64,000 nt of DNA from Nitrospirota bacterium (GTDB lineage: Bacteria; Nitrospirota; Thermodesulfovibrionia; Thermodesulfovibrionales; JdFR-86): assembly GCA_963721805.1 (NCBI GenBank), contig CAVRJY010000004.1:288516-352515 (forward strand), written 5' to 3'. Below the pieces are notes generated by a model. That model was not told the origin of the DNA. It saw only the letters and a list, made by a program, of their open reading frames with translations, and did not search any database. The position numbers and the translations under genes were made by a program. Below, piece by piece: positions 58,879-64,000 of this stretch. Position 1 is the stretch's first letter, and every line of letters begins with the position of its first letter.

Positions 58879-60024
58879 ATGGGGATGAACAATACGGTTT
58901 TTCTAGAGGTCATCGAGTGGTTCGACGACAGCGGCAGCGCGCTTGCGCACCGCGTGCCCGAGGAGGGCTCGGGCGAGATAAAGTTCGGCGCCCAGCTCGT
59001 GGTCCGCGAGAGCGAGGCCGCGGTGTTTTTCTATAACGGCCGCGCGTACGACGCGATAGGCCCAGGACGGCACACCCTGAAGACAGGCAACCTCCCGCTG
59101 ATCACCAAGGCGCTCTCGCTGCCCTGGGGCATGACCAGCCCGCTGCGCGCCGAGGTCTGCTTCGTCAACATGAAGGTCTTTCCCGACCTCAAGTGGGGCA
59201 CGCGCGACCCTGTGGCGTTCAAGGACAGCAAGCTCGGCCTGATCCGCCTGCGCGCGTTCGGCATCCTGAGCATACGCGTGGTGCAGCCCGTCCTGTTCAT
59301 CAACAGCCTCGTCGGGACGAAGGCCGCATACGGCGTCAAGGATTTAGAGGAGTTCCTCGGCAGCATCGTCGTCTCGCGCCTCAACGACCACCTGGGCGAG
59401 CACCTCGAAAGCATCATCGACCTGCCGGGGCGGTATGACGAGCTCTCGGGCGGCCTCCTGCAGCGGATCGCGTCGGACTTCAGCCGCTACGGCCTGGGCG
59501 TGGGCAACCTCTACATCAACTCGATCACGCCTCCGGAGGACGTGCAGGCCGCGATAGACGACAAGAGCCGCCTCGGCGTATTCGACGACCTCAACAAGCT
59601 CCTTCAGATGAAGACCGCGATGGCCATAGAGAAGGCCTCGGACGCCCCCGCTGGCACCGCCGGCGCGGGGATGGGGATGGGCGTGGGGCTGATGATGCCC
59701 GCGATGTTCAGCGAAATGCTCCGTAACGGCGGCGGAGCGGCCGCCCCTGTCAAGGCAGCCGACGCCTGCCCCAAGCAGACCGAGTGCACCGTATGCCACA
59801 AGTCGATCCCATTCGACGCGAGTTTCTGCCCCTTCTGCGGCCACAGCATGATCGTCTTCATCAAGTGCCCGGCCTGCGGCAAGGACCTGCCGCCCTCGGC
59901 GAAGTTCTGCATCAACTGCGGCCGCCAGGTCGAGGAGAAGCCCGCCCCGAAGCAATGCAAGGGCTGCGGGGCCGAGAACCTCCCGGAGAGCGTCTTTTGC
60001 AACAAGTGCGGGGAGCGCCTGTAG
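58879..60024 (+). CDS. SPFH/band-7 domain protein with double zinc ribbons (YdjI-like)
   Basis: GAQLVVRESE.AVFF, GPGRHTL.T.NLP and KWGT..P motifs; C-terminal CxxC...FCxxCG repeats. Confidence 0.88.
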   Translation: MGMNNTVFLEVIEWFDDSGSALAHRVPEEGSGEIKFGAQLVVRESEAAVFFYNGRAYDAIGPGRHTLKTGNLPLITKALSLPWGMTSPLRAEVCFVNMKVFPDLKWGTRDPVAFKDSKLGLIRLRAFGILSIRVVQPVLFINSLVGTKAAYGVKDLEEFLGSIVVSRLNDHLGEHLESIIDLPGRYDELSGGLLQRIASDFSRYGLGVGNLYINSITPPEDVQAAIDDKSRLGVFDDLNKLLQMKTAMAIEKASDAPAGTAGAGMGMGVGLMMPAMFSEMLRNGGGAAAPVKAADACPKQTECTVCHKSIPFDASFCPFCGHSMIVFIKCPACGKDLPPSAKFCINCGRQVEEKPAPKQCKGCGAENLPESVFCNKCGERL

Positions 60025-60142
60025 GGGTCACAGCCCCCTTTTACTTAGGGGCTCCGCCCCCATGGCCCCCGGGACGACTGACCCCTCTTGCCCAGGGGGA
60101 AAGGTGCCCGTAGCACCCATCTTGTGGTATGCTATTTGTGCT

Positions 60143-60592
60143 ATGAAATCGCTACGCATAACGCTCGCAATCGCGCTGCTCTTCGCGGCGCTCGCGGCCT
60201 GTTCGACCGAGCAGAAAAAGCCCAGCGAGGAGGCCGTGATCGTCGATAAGGCGATGGCGATTATTGAATCAGTCCGGCAGGGTTACGTCGCGCACGACTT
60301 CGAGGCCGTGGGGCAGGAGACGACGCCGGAACTCAAAAAGAAGATCAAGGACGAGAGCAAGGGTTTCAACTCGGTAGTGCTCGAAATCACGCCCAAGTGG
60401 GTCGACATCGACCAAAAGCCGCTCGGCCGCACGAAGAAGCTCTCGGTGCGCACGCTCTGGAAGGGCAGCTGGAAGGTCGGGGATAAGACGTACGAAGAGC
60501 AGGGCAACGCGGTGTTCGTCCTCGACGGCGACCCGCTCCTCCTCCAGGACATCACAGGCAACGATCCGTTCACCCATCCTCAGCCTAAATAG
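60143..60592 (+). CDS. Hypothetical lipoprotein
   Basis: MKSLR...LAAC lipobox. Confidence 0.7.
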   Translation: MKSLRITLAIALLFAALAACSTEQKKPSEEAVIVDKAMAIIESVRQGYVAHDFEAVGQETTPELKKKIKDESKGFNSVVLEITPKWVDIDQKPLGRTKKLSVRTLWKGSWKVGDKTYEEQGNAVFVLDGDPLLLQDITGNDPFTHPQPK

Positions 60593-60603
60593 GAGCCGTT
60601 TTC

Positions 60604-60680
60604 AAAGCGCTCCAAATCGCTTGATACTTCGTTGGGCTTCAAAGACTCGCCCTCTATGTACGTCACAGTACACCATCGGG
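60604..60680 (-). repeat. Family R1 partial copy H
   Basis: AAAGCGCTCCAAATCGCTTGATAC...GTACGTCACAGTACACCATCGGG, truncated at a GGTGCC-ATG-GGCACC hairpin. Confidence 0.85.
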
Positions 60681-60823
60681 GTGCCATGGGCACCTCTCCC
60701 TCGGGGGGCCTCGCCCCCTTGGCCCCCACTCTGACATCCACGGAGATACAGGCTAGACAGTCCTCATTTGGACCATCGGGAAATTCCTGATCTCCCATCG
60801 GCGCGATACGGCATAAAGCAACT

Positions 60824-62773
60824 ATGCTAAACTACGCGATGGCTAAGTCTTCAAAGAAAAATGTGTCAATCAATCAAACCGAGGGCAACCAAGACGGTCA
60901 CAAGAAAAGGTTAATTCCTTCTAATGGGTCGCCATCAAAAATCAGTTTACAACAGACCAATTCAATAAATGATTTTATCCCGATTTTCATCTTGGTGCTT
61001 ATCTCTTTTGCCGTATATTTAAATGCCCTTTCCGATGGGTTTGTCTATGACGATGCGTCCCAGATAGTGGGGAACCCCTGGCTCAGGGACATTAGCTATA
61101 TACCGACGATTTTCTCAAAGAGCGTATGGGGGTTTCGATCAGAGTTAACTAAAACAAACTATTACAGGCCACTGATGCACGTTATTTATCTGTTCAATTA
61201 TCAATTGTTCGGATTAAAAGCCTGGGGATTTCATCTGGTCAATGTTCTCCTCCATTGCGGAGTGTCGGTCCTTGTATTTATGATCATGCGCAGGTTGCTG
61301 CCCGAGCATAGAGATCCGGCATCACCTGCATATCTTTCGTCCCCGCTTATTGCCGCTGTGATCTTTGCCGTACATCCAATCCATACCGAGGCGGTTACGT
61401 GGCTCGCCGGATTGCCGGATGTGGCATTTACATTTTTCTACCTGCTCTCGTTTTATTTTCATATCAGGTCTAGGGCCGCATTTTCCGGCAGCCATTGGAT
61501 TTCCGTGGCGTGCTTTGCCGTTGCGTCGTTGTTCAAGGAGCCTGCCCTGACACTGCCGGCGGTTCTTGTTGCTTATGATTATGCATGTCTGGAAAAACGG
61601 GCGAGCTTGCCGGATTTTGTAAAGAAATACGCGCCATACCTAGTAGTCATGGCGGGTTATTTTGCATTGAGAATCCATGCCCTTGGAGAATTTGCTCCTC
61701 AGGCGCGGCGTAATGCCCTGAGCGCCTATCAGTATGCCATAAATGTTTTCCCCCTTTTTGCCCTGTATCTGGAGAAACTCCTCATTCCCTTGAATCAGAA
61801 AGCCTTCTATGTCTTTCACCCGGTCTCCTCGCTCCTGGGATGGCAGGGAGTCCTTTCCTTAATAGCAACAGCAGCTTTTGCCGCAAGCTTCTTTGTCGCT
61901 TTCAAGAGGAGCAGGCTCGCCTTTTTAAGCCTCGTGTTCATTGTGGTGCCGCTACTGCCCGCGCTTTACATCCCGGCGCTTGGCGTGAACGCCTTCACCG
62001 AAAGATACCTTTACCTGCCCTCCGCCGGTTATGTGTTTCTCCTGGCAATCTTATTGTCATCGGTCAGGAAGAAGCTGCCGCAGGCAGGCAGGGGCGTCAC
62101 GATAGCCCTTATAGTAATGGCCGGATTGTATTCATTCGGGACTATACGCAGGAATATCGTCTGGAAAGACAATCTCAACCTTTGATCGGATACGGTCATG
62201 AAGTCGCCGGATAGTTCGATAGCCCATAACAACCTCGGCCTTGCTTACTTTAATCAAGGGCGGCTGGAAATTGCAGAGGATGAATTCCAGGCAGCTCTGC
62301 GGGTGGACCCTGAAAACGAAGCTGCCCATTACAACCTTGGCCTTGCATACGACTCTCAAGGCTTAACGGACCTGGCCGTGGCGGAATACCAGACAGCCGT
62401 GCGGCTGAACCCTGATGACGCTGCTGCTGCCAATAACCTCGGCACTGCTTACTTGGCTCAGGGCCGATCCGATCTGGCAGCGTCTGAGTTTCAGGCGGCT
62501 TTGCGGTCGGACCCTGATAACGAACCCGCTCATTTCAACCTTGGCCTTGCATACAAATCTCAAGGCTCGCTGGATTTGGAAGTTTCTGAATTTCAGGCAG
62601 CCCTGCGGCTTGAGCCTGAGAATGAAGCCGCTCATTATAATTTAGGCCTTGCGTACGAATCGCAAGGACGACTGGATATGGCAGCGGATGAATATCAATC
62701 GATCCTGAAGCTGAGACCTGATTACTATAGAGCAAGCCAGCGTCTCAACGAGATTATGTCAAAACCTCATTGA
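60824..62773 (+). pseudogene. TMTC-like GT-C glycosyltransferase plus TPR repeats, interrupted by an in-frame TGA at 62183-62185
   Basis: FVYDD, YYRP, HPIHTEAV, KE and ERYLYLP motifs; WKDNLNL*SDTVMKSP continues in frame into the TPRs. Confidence 0.85.
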
Positions 62774-62893
62774 GTTGAAATCAGATGCTTGAGACATCCT
62801 TAGATAAACGCAGGCCCATCAAATACTCGGCAAACTAAACGAGTCAACCGTAATAAAGGTGAAGGCCGTTATCCGCGAAATGCTCGTCGACTA

Positions 62894-62946
62894 GGGGCCG
62901 ACTGGCCCCTTCCCCTATTCGCGGTGCAATACACCGCTCACTTTCC
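62894..62946 (+). repeat. R2 repeat
   Basis: GGGGCCGACTGGCCCC...TATTCGCGGTG...CACCGCTCACTTTCC. Confidence 0.8.
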
Positions 62947-62967
62947 AAAATTCTGTTACAATAAATT

Positions 62968-63219
62968 ATGCGGTTATCGCGCCATGCCCGAGGCAACATG
63001 AAATTGTACGGGATTTCCGCCGATGATGTTTCGGAGGCATTAAGGGCACCCGAACGCCTTGAGACTCAGCAAGGCAAACAGGTCGCAATCAAGCGCTTTG
63101 GGAAGCGATTTTCGGGATACCCGCTGAAGGTGGTGTTTGAGATTTTAGGCAGTGAGACTTTTGTAATAACAGCATACCCGCTCAAGCGTAAGGCTTGGGG
63201 AGGCGCAAATGAAAATTAA
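62968..63219 (+). CDS. DUF4258-like putative toxin
   Basis: SRHA...I...V..AL..P and LKVV...VITAY motifs; overlaps the next gene. Confidence 0.75.
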   Translation: MRLSRHARGNMKLYGISADDVSEALRAPERLETQQGKQVAIKRFGKRFSGYPLKVVFEILGSETFVITAYPLKRKAWGGANEN

Positions 63220-63415
63220 GTACGATAAAGAGGCCGACGCGGCATATATACAGCTCTCACCCAAGAAGCCCGACGGCGCGGTCGAGATAGCCGAGGGTGT
63301 GGCCCTGCACACCACCGCGCACAATGACCTCGTGGGTATCGAAATCCTCGAAGCGAGCAAGAAATTCCCGATCAATACGCTCTATAAACTCGACCTCACA
63401 GCAGTAGGGCAGTGA
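63209..63415 (+). CDS. DUF2283 family protein (putative antitoxin)
   Basis: MKIKYDKEADAAYI...VGIEIL.AS motif. Confidence 0.85.
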   Translation: MKIKYDKEADAAYIQLSPKKPDGAVEIAEGVALHTTAHNDLVGIEILEASKKFPINTLYKLDLTAVGQ

Positions 63416-63479
63416 GAATCACAAGAGCGCACGGGGGCAGACTGGCCTCTCTCCCGGCGCTCTTTAGAGGTAAATCCAT

Positions 63480-63938
63480 ATGAATACTATGGCAGACGTG
63501 AAGAAGCTGACTAAACAATTCTTCTCAATGCACTGGAAAGATCATGATACGCCAGAATGGAACGATAGTTGGGAACTAATAGGAGAAATGCCCAATGGTA
63601 GAATGCAAGGCTGTTACGCCCTACTTAAAGATAATGAGGTTTTGTATATTGGCGTGGGTGCGAGTGCAGTTGGCGGACGATATAATGGCTGTGGATTAGC
63701 TGCCCGCATCAATAGCAAATATCTAAGGGTCAAAAAAGAAAATGGAAGACGTCTTACAGGTAATCAAATAGCCTATGAATCGCATTGGAATAAGAATTGT
63801 GGTTGGAATGGTATCGCAACAATTGGTTTTAAAAAGAATGCATATCTGGCATATGCATTGGAGGCTTTCTTGATTGATAATATCCAACTACCCCTCAATC
63901 ATGCAAAACCAGGTGCGACAGTAAAAAGAAATGAGTAA
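63480..63938 (+). CDS. GIY-YIG-like nuclease-fold protein
   Basis: GCY...YIG...L..RI...LE..LI....P.N pattern; AT-rich. Confidence 0.6.
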   Translation: MNTMADVKKLTKQFFSMHWKDHDTPEWNDSWELIGEMPNGRMQGCYALLKDNEVLYIGVGASAVGGRYNGCGLAARINSKYLRVKKENGRRLTGNQIAYESHWNKNCGWNGIATIGFKKNAYLAYALEAFLIDNIQLPLNHAKPGATVKRNE

Positions 63939-64000
63939 GTAAATACCACCACATCTCTTAATCAACCCCCTTCCTTATCTCTAATCAACCCCCTTCCTTG

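Noticed and set aside
62183..62185. Selenocysteine or genetic-code reassignment of TGA
   Set aside because: The position corresponds to Trp rather than Cys, and TGA terminates many normal genes here (flhG, flhF, flhA, arsR).

Overview
This is a GC-rich bacterial chromosomal segment; the gene content suggests a Nitrospirota- or Desulfobacterota-like organism (inference). Core content: the 5' end of lon, galU, a minus-strand flagellar export/motor operon (fliL-M-N-O-P-Q-R-flhB-A-F-G-fliA), a second flagellar operon (fliK-flgD-flgE), ubiE/menG, kup behind a c-di-AMP riboswitch, rsmA, two oligopeptide ABC ATPases, asd and several two-component proteins. Accessory content: an AT-rich three-gene operon (Sce7726-like nuclease, Sce7725-like protein, RES-domain protein) beside a complete IS481 and an iteron-like remnant. 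There is also a 1526-aa surface protein, two tandem gene duplications, a TMTC-like gene with an in-frame stop, and a DUF4258/DUF2283 pair followed by a GIY-YIG-like gene. The main unexplained structure is two families of dispersed intergenic palindromic repeats with compensatory base changes: a ~120-190 bp GTAC-centred bulged hairpin (9 copies) and a ~50-60 bp REP-like double hairpin (~12 copies). They often border foreign-looking genes and mark the breakpoints of one tandem duplication, each unit of which carries a tRNA-Val(CAC)-like fragment. Also seen: three disrupted genes, many apparently leaderless genes and two small ORFs missed by the ORF track. No CRISPR array, rRNA or intact tRNA was found.
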